A DNA stretch of 64,000 nt from contig CAWGYD010000005.1 of NCBI GenBank assembly GCA_963826785.1, forward strand, positions 192,001 to 256,000, read 5' to 3'. Under the pieces are notes generated by a model. That model had not been told where the DNA came from and searched no databases. It saw only the letters and a list, made by a program, of their open reading frames with translations. Position numbers and translations under genes: made by a program. Shown in pieces: positions 10,270 to 21,300 of the stretch (positions are counted from its first letter, which is position 1; every line of letters begins with the position of its first letter). The DNA comes from an uncultured delta proteobacterium (GTDB taxonomy: Bacteria; Desulfobacterota; Desulfobacteria; Desulfobacterales; Desulfosalsimonadaceae).

Positions 10270-11101
10270 CCGCATGGAATCTTATATCATTGCCGAAGAG
10301 CCGTTTTACCTGCCCATCAACGATGAGGTGGAGATTTTTTCAGCGGCCTTTCAGACGCGCACGCCGGTGCTCCTCAAGGGGCCCACCGGAACCGGCAAGA
10401 CCCGCTTTGTGGAGTACATGGCCCATCGGCTGGGAAAGGCGCAGGCCGAAAATGAACCCGACCGATTCCTCCCGCTGGTCACCATCGCCTGCCACGAAGA
10501 CCTGACCGCCACCGACCTGGTGGGCAAATACCTGCTCATCAGCGATGAAACGGTCTGGGTGGACGGACCATTGACCCGGGTGGTGAAGAGCGGCGGCATC
10601 TGCTACCTGGACGAAATCGTGGAGGCCCGCAAGGACACCACGGTCATCATCCATTCCCTGACCGATCACCGCCGCATCCTTCCCATCGACAAGACCGGAC
10701 AGATCATCACCGCACATCCCCGCTTCTTCCTGGTCATATCCTACAATCCCGGGTACCAGAGCATCATCAAGGATTTGAAGCCCAGCACGCGCCAGCGGTT
10801 CGTCTCCATTGAATTTTCCTTTCCGGACAGGAAAAAGGAGGCGCTGATCATCGCCCGTGAAGCCGGGGTGGACCCGCAGCTGGCCGATGGACTTGCCCTG
10901 CTGGGCGAAAAAGTCCGGAACATGAAGGGATATGCGCTGAAAGAGGGGGCCGGCACCCGCCTGCTGGTGTATGCCGCCCGGCTGATTCAGCAGGGGATCG
11001 GCAGACGGCGCGCCTGCGAAATTGCGGTGATGAATGCCTTAAGCGATGATGCCGAGGTGCAGCGGGCCATATCGGAGGTCATCAGCACCATTTTCACCTA
11101 G
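10262..11101 (+). CDS. CbbQ/NirQ/NorQ family AAA+ ATPase
   Basis: KGPTGTGKTRFVEYMA, CHEDLTATDLVG, CYLDEIVEARKD, SYNPGYQ, DLKPSTRQRF. Confidence 0.92.
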   Translation: MNSRMESYIIAEEPFYLPINDEVEIFSAAFQTRTPVLLKGPTGTGKTRFVEYMAHRLGKAQAENEPDRFLPLVTIACHEDLTATDLVGKYLLISDETVWVDGPLTRVVKSGGICYLDEIVEARKDTTVIIHSLTDHRRILPIDKTGQIITAHPRFFLVISYNPGYQSIIKDLKPSTRQRFVSIEFSFPDRKKEALIIAREAGVDPQLADGLALLGEKVRNMKGYALKEGAGTRLLVYAARLIQQGIGRRRACEIAVMNALSDDAEVQRAISEVISTIFT

Positions 11102-11266
11102 TGCCCGGACATCGCACAAAAATATTTGCAAAACTCTTTTATGAATCCTTACAGATATCAAGCTTTTGTCATTCCGGCGGAGGCCGGAATCTACTACAAA
11201 CTAAGTTGGTTATAGACTCCGATTTTCACCGGAGTGACGAACTTCACATTTTATGTCTGAACCATT
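11099..11266. mobile_element. MITE-like element carrying a REP doublet
   Basis: Ends TAGTGCCCGGACAT / ATGTCTGAACCATT form an imperfect inverted repeat; inner 11168-11244 is the reverse complement (1 mismatch) of the core of the element at 16773-16904. Confidence 0.6.
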
Positions 11267-13907
11267 GAACACATGGAGCGATCTGCTTCTTCTGCTGCGG
11301 GAGAAGATACCCGGCATCCCGGGTGATGTCCTCTCCTATGTGCAGCATCTTCAAAAGGCTGCGGATACGCATTCCGCCGGCCGGTGGGCCGATCACATCC
11401 GCACCGCCCTGATGGGGTTGTCCAAAGACGAATGGCCTATGTGGCTGAGCGTCGGGAAAAACCTGTCCGCACAATCCGCAACGGCCGAAGCGCAATTTTT
11501 TTCCTCGGACCCGGAGCCGTTTGCACGTCTTTTAAAACCCGACCGCCGGATTTGTCTTTCCATTCTTGCGCACCTCTCCATCCGGGATGCTTCCGCGGCG
11601 CAGGCATTCTATGACAATGCGCTGGCGCACCTGGGCCGGGTTCATCCGGATATCCGGGCGGATCTGCTGGAATTTTCCCGGTCCCTGCCCGGCAGTACCG
11701 GGGTGAGTGTGGATCGGGTGTTTTCCATCCTTCTTCACGCATTTGCGGACCAGACTTTGCGCCGGCAGGAAATCGCCATGCGGCAAGCCCATAAAATCGC
11801 GAAGCGCAGCCCGGAAGCGGTCCTGCGCTTCTTTATGAATCTGCCCGGAAAGCTGTCGGCCATGGAGGAAAATTCGTTTATCCACTGGGTGGAAAACGGC
11901 CTGGCGCTCACTGCCGGAGACGACGCCGGGTGCATCGGCTATTTTGGATTGACCACTTCCCAGGCCGCAGAAGCCCTCAGCTGCCATGAAAATGCGGTCT
12001 GGCTGGAGGAGGTAAAGGATGTCCTGTCCCTTTACGCCCGCGCCCTGAGCGGAAAAGACATCCGGTTTAAAGGCGATGCATCGCCTCATGCCGAAGATGC
12101 CATACATCCCGAAAATGACGGCTATGTGTTTGAACTTCCCCCGTGTATTGCGGAAACGGCGGACAATGAAGCCAATTTCCGGTTTTACAAGGTCAAAACC
12201 GCCCGCCTGGCCGGTTACATCGAGTTTGGTGATTATGAAAACGGGATTTTAGAGATCATTGAAAAGCTGGACCGCCTGAAGGCCGCCCCCCTGGCCCGCT
12301 CGATTTTCACCATTATCGAAAATGCCCGCATCGATCTGCTGCTGATGCGGCATTATCCCGGAATCAGAAAAGACATCCACACCGTTCGCGATCAGACACT
12401 GGGCCAGCGGCCGGATGTTTCCACCCTGGGCGCGGCATCCGCAATGCTTGAAATCATCTACCGGATATCCATCAACCGATTTAAAAGCAGTATGGCGCCT
12501 GAAGGGATTGTCGATTTTTCCGCCCAGGCCCGGAAGATCATCACCCCCTTTCTGGGCCAAACGCCCGGATTGTGGGATAGCTATGGGGTCACGCTCCAGC
12601 TTTACGAGTGCATCCGGCGTTTGTTGACCGGCGGGCAAAAAGTATTGCCGGAAGGGCCGATTCCACCGGATCTGCCGCAGGGGGAGGGCGCGGCAGCTGT
12701 TTCCGGGGGAAATCAGGTTTCGGAATCGGAAGAAGAAGCAGCAGGGGAAATGGATCCGGATATGCTGATGGGTATCGAGGCATTTCCGGACCAGCTGGAA
12801 AACTGGGAAAAACTGGCCGTTCACAGCATCCAGGGCAGCGGCAACGATCCTGCCGGGCAGTATGTCACAGACCTGATGGACCTGGACAATGCATCTTCTG
12901 GTGATGATCCGGCGCTTCGGCCCGGGGCCGCTGCTGCGCCCCGATCTCCCAGCGGCGCCGCCCGGGAAGAATCCGTCTATGTGTATGATGAATGGGATTT
13001 TGAGCGCAAGGGGTTTCGCCGGCAATGGTGCCGGCTGGTGGAAAAGCCGGCACCGCCCAGGGACTCCTGCCGGTTGAACCGGGTATTAAACGAGTACGCG
13101 TACCTGATCCGGGAGGTGAAGTCCCAGTTTCAGCGGATCCGTCCCAGGGTTTTTGATATTGTCCGGCATGCGGATGCCGGGGATGAATTCAATGTAGATG
13201 CGCTGGTGAACGCCATGGTGGATAAAAAGGCCGGGCAGGCGCCAGATGATGCGGTTTACATACGCAAACAGCGGCGAAAGCAGTCGGTCCGCCTGGTGTT
13301 TCTGGTGGACATGAGCGCGTCAACGGATGACCGGGCGAAGCTGCTCGATATGGACAAGAGCGCCGGCCAGGCGGAAAAGCGGATCATCGACATTGAAATC
13401 GAAAGCCTCATCATCATGAGCGAAGCCCTGGAAGGGCTCGATTTCAGCTATGCCGTCTATGGCTTTTCCGGCTATGGCCGCCAGTCGGTGGAGGTCTACC
13501 GCATCAAGGATTTTGATGATGATGATAAATTGGAAATTCAGCAGCGCATCTGCGGCATCACGCCCCTTCGCGGGACCCGGATGGGAACCGCCGTCCGTCA
13601 TGCGATCCGCAAATTCGAGGATGCGGATGATGAACTCAAAATCCTGCTGCTGTTAAGTGACGGCTACCCCCAGGATGTCGATTACGGCGAAGACCGGCGA
13701 TCCGGAGAATACGGACTGCATGACACCATGATGGCCATCCAGGAAGCAAAAATTAAAGGGATTCAGCCCTTTTGCATCACCTTCAATCACAGCGGCACCG
13801 ATTACCTGAAAGTCATGCAGGATCCCACCCGTTACCTGGCCCTGATCGACACCTACATGCTTCCCAAAATGCTCCCCCGCGTGGTGGAATCCCTCATGGT
13901 GGATTGA
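11253..13907 (+). CDS. CbbO/NorD-like VWA-domain adaptor protein
   Basis: YDEWDF, VWA MIDAS motif LVDMSAST, TRMGTAVRHA, LLLLSDGYPQD; follows the CbbQ-type ATPase. Confidence 0.88.
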   Translation: MSEPLNTWSDLLLLLREKIPGIPGDVLSYVQHLQKAADTHSAGRWADHIRTALMGLSKDEWPMWLSVGKNLSAQSATAEAQFFSSDPEPFARLLKPDRRICLSILAHLSIRDASAAQAFYDNALAHLGRVHPDIRADLLEFSRSLPGSTGVSVDRVFSILLHAFADQTLRRQEIAMRQAHKIAKRSPEAVLRFFMNLPGKLSAMEENSFIHWVENGLALTAGDDAGCIGYFGLTTSQAAEALSCHENAVWLEEVKDVLSLYARALSGKDIRFKGDASPHAEDAIHPENDGYVFELPPCIAETADNEANFRFYKVKTARLAGYIEFGDYENGILEIIEKLDRLKAAPLARSIFTIIENARIDLLLMRHYPGIRKDIHTVRDQTLGQRPDVSTLGAASAMLEIIYRISINRFKSSMAPEGIVDFSAQARKIITPFLGQTPGLWDSYGVTLQLYECIRRLLTGGQKVLPEGPIPPDLPQGEGAAAVSGGNQVSESEEEAAGEMDPDMLMGIEAFPDQLENWEKLAVHSIQGSGNDPAGQYVTDLMDLDNASSGDDPALRPGAAAAPRSPSGAAREESVYVYDEWDFERKGFRRQWCRLVEKPAPPRDSCRLNRVLNEYAYLIREVKSQFQRIRPRVFDIVRHADAGDEFNVDALVNAMVDKKAGQAPDDAVYIRKQRRKQSVRLVFLVDMSASTDDRAKLLDMDKSAGQAEKRIIDIEIESLIIMSEALEGLDFSYAVYGFSGYGRQSVEVYRIKDFDDDDKLEIQQRICGITPLRGTRMGTAVRHAIRKFEDADDELKILLLLSDGYPQDVDYGEDRRSGEYGLHDTMMAIQEAKIKGIQPFCITFNHSGTDYLKVMQDPTRYLALIDTYMLPKMLPRVVESLMVD

Positions 13908-14054
13908 ATTCCACGCGGTCACGTGCTTTGTAAACGCAAAAGGGATTACCCGCAATCTTTGACAAATGCGGGTTTCATTCATACTTTAATACTAAATTGT
14001 TGCCGTCTGGGCAGAACCTGCGGCCATTATTCACCTGAAAACAGGGAGGTCCAC

Positions 14055-14303
14055 ATGTATGATAAACAGAAATTATGCGACAAGATCAGGGAAATCTATC
14101 CGGATGTCGGTGAATGCGGCATAGACGTGCAGGTTGAATATGATGAACCGCAGAAATCCTGGGTAGTGAATTTGAAAAAAGACAAGCACCACTTAAAGAC
14201 CTACCTTGAACCCGGGGATGCGGATGCCTGCATGTCCGGCAAGCAGTGCGTGGCCCTCGGGATTGAAATCGCCCAGTTGAGGGATAACGTCCAGCGGCGT
14301 TGA
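14055..14303 (+). CDS. Small hypothetical protein (82 aa)
   Basis: Strong RBS GGGAGG before ATG 14055; followed by a terminator. Confidence 0.7.
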   Translation: MYDKQKLCDKIREIYPDVGECGIDVQVEYDEPQKSWVVNLKKDKHHLKTYLEPGDADACMSGKQCVALGIEIAQLRDNVQRR

Positions 14304-14335
14304 GCCGGACGGAAAATTCCAGTCACTTAATCGAA

Positions 14336-14492
14336 TATAAAAAGCCCGGCCTGTCGCTCTTGACAGGCCGGGCTTTTTTATGCTGAAAAGTGGAGGAAAG
14401 AGAAGGAGGGGAAGCGCCGGGGAGGGGAGGGGGGCCCGGCGCTTCCCCTTTCTCTTTAGAGAGAGCCGATATCGGCTCTTTTGTTCTCTGCA
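14336..14492 (-). ncRNA. Candidate sigma-54-dependent small RNA (~155 nt, three hairpins, C-rich loop)
   Basis: Upstream -24/-12 promoter; hairpins at 14461-14480 and 14397-14457 (loop CCCCCUCCCCUC in the transcript) plus the terminator; no listed ORF covers the interval. Confidence 0.6.
14339..14379. terminator. Bidirectional rho-independent terminator
   Basis: AAAAAGCCCGGCCTGTC-GCTCTT-GACAGGCCGGGCTTTTTT. Confidence 0.85.
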
Positions 14493-14502
14493 CTATTAAT
14501 AA

Positions 14503-14518
14503 AGCATTATTGATGCCA
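14503..14518 (-). promoter_or_regulatory. Sigma-54 (-24/-12) promoter
   Basis: Minus strand TGGCATCAATAATGCT fits GG-N10-GC. Confidence 0.7.
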
Positions 14519-14880
14519 GTTTTTATTTTTATCTCTAAAAAAATGAATTTTTTTTAAAAAAGATGCCAATCGGTGCGTTAGAAAATCCGCATAATTGAAT
14601 TTTACGGATTTTCAGAAAGTTATATGTTGTCGCGTGACTTTTGCCACCCCGGTCGCTTTGTCATTTTTCCTTCAAATCTCCCGATCAGGGAGCGAAACCC
14701 CCATGAACTGATTTTAAATGAGCGGTTTGAGTATTTATTTGTATACATGTGTATTTAAAAAAACACTTTTTGGGCCGAAATGCAAGCAGCCGGAATTCAC
14801 CAATCACCAAAGCATCTATGATAAATCAGGGGCAAAACAATTGAATTGCCGGAAAGGGGCCGGGCTGAAAGGTGCGCAGG

Positions 14881-16410
14881 TCAGGTGGTTTCGTCCGCCC
14901 GGGCATCCTTTTTGAGTTCATATTTTGAAATGAGGCGGGAGAGATAGGTGCGCTGAATACCCATGATGGAAGCGGCCTTGGTCTGGTTGCCGCCGGTCTG
15001 TTTCAGGTTGAGGATGATAAAACGCTTTTTGAATTCATCAATGGCTTCCTGGAGGGTGATTCCGGTTTCGATCCGGTCGAGGGTGATGTCTGCATTGAGC
15101 ATGGGCAAATCTTCAGGCAGGATCTGCTCACCATTTCCCATGACCACGGCCCGCTCGATGGCATTGCGGAGTTCGCGCACATTGCCCGGCCAGTCATAGC
15201 GCATCATTTTTTCCATGGCGTTCTTTGAAATGTCGACCTGGAAATTGCCCTTTTCCTTTTTGAAGGTATCGATGAAATGGCGGGCCAGGGCGGGAATATC
15301 TTCCTTGCGGTCGCGCAGCGGCGGCATATGCAGTTCCACCACATTGAGACGGTAATACAGGTCTTCCCGGAATTTGCCCTTGGGAATTTCCTCGGCAATG
15401 ACCTTGTTGGTGGCGGCGATGATGCGGATATCGACCGAAATCGGTGAATTGCCGCCGACCCGGTAAAAAACGCCGTCCTGGAGCACCCGGAGCAGCTTGG
15501 CCTGCATGCTGGGGCTCATTTCCGCGATTTCATCGAGGAAAATGGTGCTTTCGTCCGCGAGTTCAAATTTCCCGATTTTCTGTTCATTGGCGCCGGTGAA
15601 GGCCCCTTTTTCATGGCCGAACAGTTCGTCTTCCAGCAGGGATTCGGGCATGGCCGCACAGTTCAAGGTGACCATGTGCCGCTTGTTCCGGGAACTGGCC
15701 TGGTGAATCAGGCGGGCGAGCATTTCCTTCCCGGTCCCGCTTTCCCCCAGGATCAGTGTGCTGGCCATGGAATCCCCAACCTTCAGCGCATCGGTAACCA
15801 CTTTCCGGATGGCGGCGCTCTGGCCGATGATCTGGTTGCCCATGCCCAGCGCCTGCCGGAGCCCTTCGTTTTCCCGTTCAACCGTCTGAAATTTGCGGGC
15901 ATTGACGATGGCAGTGGCCGCAAGATCGGCAAATACGTTCAGCAGTTCCAGATCGCTTTCAATGAACGATCCGCTGTCCGATTTGTTGATAAATTCAATG
16001 GCGCCGATGACCTCGTTGTCGATCTTCATGGGAACACAGGCGATGGAGCGGGTCTTGAACCCGATTTTGTCGCTGATGGAGCGGTACCAGCGGCTGTCCT
16101 TGGTGACATCCTTGATCAGGAGCGGTTCACCGGTCTTGACCACGTGCCCGACGATCCCCTGCCCGATCTTTATTTCAAAATTTTTAATCTCATCTTTTTT
16201 AATGCCGGTGGTGACCTTGAAATACAGTTTCTTGGTTTTCTGGTCAAGGAGCAGCAGCGAACTGGCTTTGGCCCGCATAATCCGCGTTCCCGTCTCCATA
16301 ATCAACTCGAGGAGCTGATTGAGATCATGAACGAACGACACCCAGGTGGAAATATCTTTTAAATGATCGATGGACAGATCTTTATATGTCTGTGTCTGTG
16401 CGGCTTTCAT
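14881..16410 (-). CDS. GAF-domain sigma-54 enhancer-binding protein (NifA/FhlA-like)
   Basis: GAF domain; GESGTGKE, ELFGHEKGAFTGA, FREDLYYRLNV, YDWPGNVREL; Fis-type HTH. Confidence 0.93.
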   Translation of the reverse strand: MKAAQTQTYKDLSIDHLKDISTWVSFVHDLNQLLELIMETGTRIMRAKASSLLLLDQKTKKLYFKVTTGIKKDEIKNFEIKIGQGIVGHVVKTGEPLLIKDVTKDSRWYRSISDKIGFKTRSIACVPMKIDNEVIGAIEFINKSDSGSFIESDLELLNVFADLAATAIVNARKFQTVERENEGLRQALGMGNQIIGQSAAIRKVVTDALKVGDSMASTLILGESGTGKEMLARLIHQASSRNKRHMVTLNCAAMPESLLEDELFGHEKGAFTGANEQKIGKFELADESTIFLDEIAEMSPSMQAKLLRVLQDGVFYRVGGNSPISVDIRIIAATNKVIAEEIPKGKFREDLYYRLNVVELHMPPLRDRKEDIPALARHFIDTFKKEKGNFQVDISKNAMEKMMRYDWPGNVRELRNAIERAVVMGNGEQILPEDLPMLNADITLDRIETGITLQEAIDEFKKRFIILNLKQTGGNQTKAASIMGIQRTYLSRLISKYELKKDARADETT

Positions 16411-16772
16411 ATTGGATTTTTAAAAATTCCCTTCAAAAAAAAATATTTATCATTGGGTGTATGTTTTGGGTATCAGTTGGATAAATGATATTTGTTATAA
16501 AAAAGTGTAAATGTCAAGACGCCGTGTGGGCGCTATTTTCATAAATATATGTTGCTTGTCCGGTTTTCGCCAATTCGGCGGTGATGGAAATGCCCGCCGG
16601 CTTTAGTGAAATGCCTGAAAATGGCTATCATTTGGTAATAAGTATTTTTTTATTATAGATTTTTAACGTTCCCGGCTAAATCCGGACGGGAACTGGGCCC
16701 TTAAAAAAAATGGTTTAAATTATGGGGTTTCAGACGTGAATGCCTATCATTTGTCAATGGTCCTTTAATAAA

Positions 16773-16904
16773 GATGAACCCGTAAAAAGTCCAAAGTTCG
16801 TCACTCCGGTGAAAACCGGAGTCTATAACCAACTTAGTTTGTAGTAGATTCCGGCCTCCGCCGGAATGACGAAAGCGTAAAATCCGACTTTTTACGGTTT
16901 CATC
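16773..16904. mobile_element. MITE with 19-bp TIRs and internal REP doublet
   Basis: GATGAACCCGTAAAAAGTC ... GACTTTTTACGGTTTCATC; AATAAA on both sides (putative target duplication); internal GTCACTCCGG..CCGGAGTC and GATTCCGG..CCGGAATGAC hairpins. Confidence 0.8.
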
Positions 16905-16946
16905 AATAAAGGATCCTTTAATAATTGGAGAGGGGGGTTGATTGTC

Positions 16947-18101
16947 ATGCAGATTAAACGGATTTTGATCAAAATTTTCGGTTCTGCGGGCCTGCTTGTA
17001 CTGCTGCTGGCCATGTTTATCGAGGTACGCTATGGCGGGGGCACTGCCGACTTTCCGGACCGGACCACCACCCCGTTGTATCCGGGCGGAATCCTTGAGA
17101 CCGTTGCCGACCTTCCGTTGCCGCCGGGCAATCTGGCAATTTCGGAGGACGGCCGGCTTTTTTTCTCGTTTCATCCCGAGGCCCGGCCCCATATACGTGT
17201 GGCGGAGTGGAAAAACGGGCAGGCCGTGCCGTATCCGTCAGAAGCCTATCAGGGGTCCGGCAGCCAGGATGTTTTTTTCGATACCGTGCTGTCGGTGCGC
17301 ATCGACGGGCAGAACCGGTTGTGGACCCTGGACCTGGCCAATCACGGCCTGGGCCAGCCGCGGCTGCTGGCATTTGATCTGGCCACGGATCAATTGGTTC
17401 ACCGCTTTGATTTCCCGGATGAGTACGCCGGACTGGGTTCGCATTTAAACGATTTTCAGGTGGACCCGGAAGGCAAGACCCTCTACATCGCCGATGCATC
17501 GATTCTGGCCAAGACACCGGCGATCCTTGTTTACGATGTCGATGCGCAAAAATGCAGGAGACTGCTTGAATCCGACCCTTCTGTTTTGCCGGAGCCTTAC
17601 GTCCCGGTGGTGGGCGGCCGAAAGATGGAAATTTTCGGCATTTTCGCCATCCGCCCCGGAGTCGACTCCATCGCCCTGGACAAGGACGGAAAATGGCTCT
17701 ATTTCGCCCCCGTCACCGCCACCCACATGTATCGGATCCGGACGACGGACCTGAAAAACCCGGACCTGTCCAGCCAGGAATTGTCCGCCCGGGTGGAGGA
17801 ATTTGCGCCAAAATCAATGAGCGACGGGCTGAGCATGGATGCCCAAAACAATATCTACATCACCGACATGGAGCATTTCGCCATCCTTCGGCTGACCCCG
17901 GACAAAGGCCTGCAGACACTGATCATCGACGACCGGCTGCGATGGCCCGACGGTCTGGGGTTCGGGCCGGACGGATACCTGTACGTCAGCTGCAGTGCCC
18001 TGCACCAGGTGATCGGCAGGACCCCCGGGTTCATCAAGAATCATTCCCCTTACCAGATCTTTCGCTTCACGCCGGGAGTGGACGGCATTCCCGGTCATTG
18101 A
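16947..18101 (+). CDS. Major royal jelly / L-dopachrome tautomerase-related beta-propeller protein with N-terminal anchor
   Basis: GNLAIS, VLSVRIDGQNRLWTLD, LNDFQVD, GVDSIALD, SDGLSMD, LRWPDG. Confidence 0.8.
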   Translation: MQIKRILIKIFGSAGLLVLLLAMFIEVRYGGGTADFPDRTTTPLYPGGILETVADLPLPPGNLAISEDGRLFFSFHPEARPHIRVAEWKNGQAVPYPSEAYQGSGSQDVFFDTVLSVRIDGQNRLWTLDLANHGLGQPRLLAFDLATDQLVHRFDFPDEYAGLGSHLNDFQVDPEGKTLYIADASILAKTPAILVYDVDAQKCRRLLESDPSVLPEPYVPVVGGRKMEIFGIFAIRPGVDSIALDKDGKWLYFAPVTATHMYRIRTTDLKNPDLSSQELSARVEEFAPKSMSDGLSMDAQNNIYITDMEHFAILRLTPDKGLQTLIIDDRLRWPDGLGFGPDGYLYVSCSALHQVIGRTPGFIKNHSPYQIFRFTPGVDGIPGH

Positions 18102-18388
18102 AAAATTCCCGTCATCATGGTCATGCAGACACCCGCCTGCGCCTGTCCTTTTTAGGCGTGCAGGCGGGGTGCCTGGCTCATCGGCGAGAACGTTTCGCAA
18201 ATTTCGTTTTCTGAAGAAAAGACCCCGTCAATAAACCTTAAATATTCTTTGAATGCCCCCCCTTTTGTGAAGTGCCACACGGTTTGCAAAAGATACCCCG
18301 TTGCTTATTATTTTGATCACGCCATTGCGTGGATGCCATATAAATCAATGATTTTTATAATTTTGACCAGCAAGGACAGAGCACCGGC

Positions 18389-21300
18389 ATGTCATCACAG
18401 GATGCGGTTTATGAAAAAAAAGGAATATGCGGCATCTGCAGCGCGGGATGCTGGGTCGTTGTTAAATATGATGAGCAAAACAGAATGGTGGGCGTCCGGC
18501 CGGATGATTCCTCCGATATGGGCATCCTGTGCCGCATCGGCGAAAAAGCGCCCGAGATCGTCTACTCGCCCCACCGCCTGAAATACCCCTTGAAGCGAAA
18601 AGGGGAAAAGGGAAGCTATGATTTCGAGCGGATCTCCTGGAATCAGGCCTATGAGACCATTGTTGAAAATTTAAACCGGATCAAGGCCGAATCCGGCCCC
18701 GAAGCCACTGCCATCTACACCGGGGTCGGCACCTTCGAACTGGCCCTGTGCGATGTTTTTCAGCCCAAACAGGTCCGGGTATCGTCTGCCTCCAGCGTGC
18801 TTTTCCCCTTCGGGTCGCCGCACACCATGGGGGTCGGCGCGCTCTGCTACGTGGCCTACGGCATGATCGCCCCGCATGTCACCTTCGGCGGCATGCTGGT
18901 GGACATGTACAACGACATCGAAAATTCCGAATTGATCGTGGTGTGGGGGACCAACCCGGCAACGGACCTGCCCCCCATCGACATGAAGCGGATCCTTTCG
19001 GCAAAGGGCCGGGGAGCGGAAGTGGTGGTGATCGATCCCCGGCGGACCGAAACCGTGGGGCTCACCGACGCCTTGTGGCTCCCCATCCGTCCGGGCACCG
19101 ATGGGGCCCTGGCGCTGGGGCTCTGCAATGTCCTTATCGAAGAAGAACTCTATGATGAAAGTTTCGTGGAAAACTGGACCCTCGGGTTTGACGATTTTTC
19201 CAGCTACGTCCAGCATTACCGCCCCGAGGTGGTTTCCCGGATTACCGGCATCGATGAACAGGAGATCGTTTCCCTGGCCCGGCGGCTGGCCGCCGCCCGG
19301 GGCGCTTCCCAGTTGATGTACACCGGGCTTGAATACAGCAATTCCGGGGTCCAGGCCATCCGGGCGGCCTTTACCCTGTGGGCCCTGGCCGGCCAGCTCG
19401 ATGTGCCCGGCGGCCGCTGTTTCCTGATGAAGGACAACGTCTTTCCCATCAACCGCGACGGCCTGGTGGACAGCCCTGAAGGGGTTTCACACCTGGGGGA
19501 GGACAAATTCCCCGTGTACGTTCATTACCGGGACGAATCCCACGCCATCGCCCTTCCGGAATCCGTATTGAATGAAAACCCGTATAAAATCCGATCGCTC
19601 ATCATCCAGGGCGGGTCCATCACCACCTCCTGGCCCAATCCGGACCTGTGGCGAAGGACCTTGAACGGGCTTGATTTCCTGGTCTGCATCGATCGGCAGA
19701 TGACCGCAGACGCGGCCTATGCCGATATCGTGCTGCCGGCCTGCACCTATTATGAAACCGAATCGTACATGACCTATGGTTCCGTGTTTAAAATCCGGGA
19801 GCAGATGATCGAGCCGGTGGGTGAGGCGAGATCGGATTTTTTCATTATGGCGGAACTGGCCCGGCGGCTCGGCTACGGGCATCTCTATCCCCAGACTCCC
19901 CGGGAGATGTTTGATTACGTGTTGAAGGGAAGCGGGTTTACCATCGATGAGATCCGGGCCCGGGGCGGCATGGTCTCGGTGGATACATCCATGATGCAGT
20001 ACAAGAAATGGGAAAAAGGGCTTCTGCGCAAGGATGGCAATCCGGGATTTGACACCCCTTCGGGAAAATTTGAGATCGCCTCGTCCATACTGGAGGAATT
20101 CGGCTACGATCCGCTTCCGGTGTACACGGAGCCCGCGGAAGGGCCGCTTTCCCGGCCGGACCTGCTGGATGCGTTCCCCCTGGTGTTCAATTCCGGCGGC
20201 CGGATGCGCACCAGCTTTCATACCCAGCACCACGGCATTAAAAGCCTGAACAAAGAGCGGCCCGAACCGGCGGTGACCATCAGCGCACTCGATGCCCAGG
20301 CCCGCGGGATCGCCGACGGCGACAAAGTGGTCATTTCCACCCCCCGGGGATCGCTGACCATGCGGGCCATGGTCTCGGAAAACATCGCCCCCGGATGCAT
20401 CGACGCCAATCATGCCTGCGGCAGTCCCGTTGGCCCGAAAGCCTGGCAGGATACCAACATCAACGACCTGACCGACCTGGACCAGTATGATCCCATCTCC
20501 GGGTTTCCCGTCTACAAGTGCCTCCTGTGCGATGTCGAAAAGGCCTCCGGAAGCCAGGACCGGCTTCAGATGAAGGCGTTGGCCCTTGGGCCGGAGATTT
20601 TACGACCCAAGGCGAACCGTGCGCCCCTGCGTGAAATTTACCTGGACAACAACGCCACCACGGCCATTTCCACAGAAGTCCGCGAGGCCATGGTGGCGGC
20701 CATGTCGGTTCACGGCAATCCATCGAGCATCCATGAGGCAGGCACCCGCGCCCGGAAAATCATCGACGGTGCCCGCCGGAAGGTGGCCGCCGCGCTCAAC
20801 TGCACCTCCAGAAGGATCATCTTTACCGGGTGCGGGTCCGAGGCCAACAACATGGCCATCAAAGGCATTGTCCTGTCCAATGGCCGATCCGATCGTCATG
20901 TGATCACCTCGTCCATCGAGCATCCGTCCGTTCTGGCCGCCTGCAGGTGGCTGGAGCAGCGCGGGGTTGATGTCACCTATGTGCCGGTGGATGCAACGGG
21001 CCGGATTGACCCCGATGATGTCAAAGCGGCCATCACGCCGAAGACCTGCCTGATCACCATCATGGCCGCCAACAACGAGACCGGCGCCATCCAGCCCGTC
21101 AAAGAAATTGCGGAAATCGCCGGGGAAAAAGGGATCGCATTTCATGTCGACGGCATTCAGGCCTTCGGCAAAATCCCGGTGGATGTCTCCGAATGGGGGT
21201 GCGGGCTGCTTTCCATGTCCGCCCACAAGCTTTACGGCCCCAAGGGCGTGGGGGCCCTGTATGTCGGCAGGGATGTCGCCCTGGATGCACTGATCCATGG

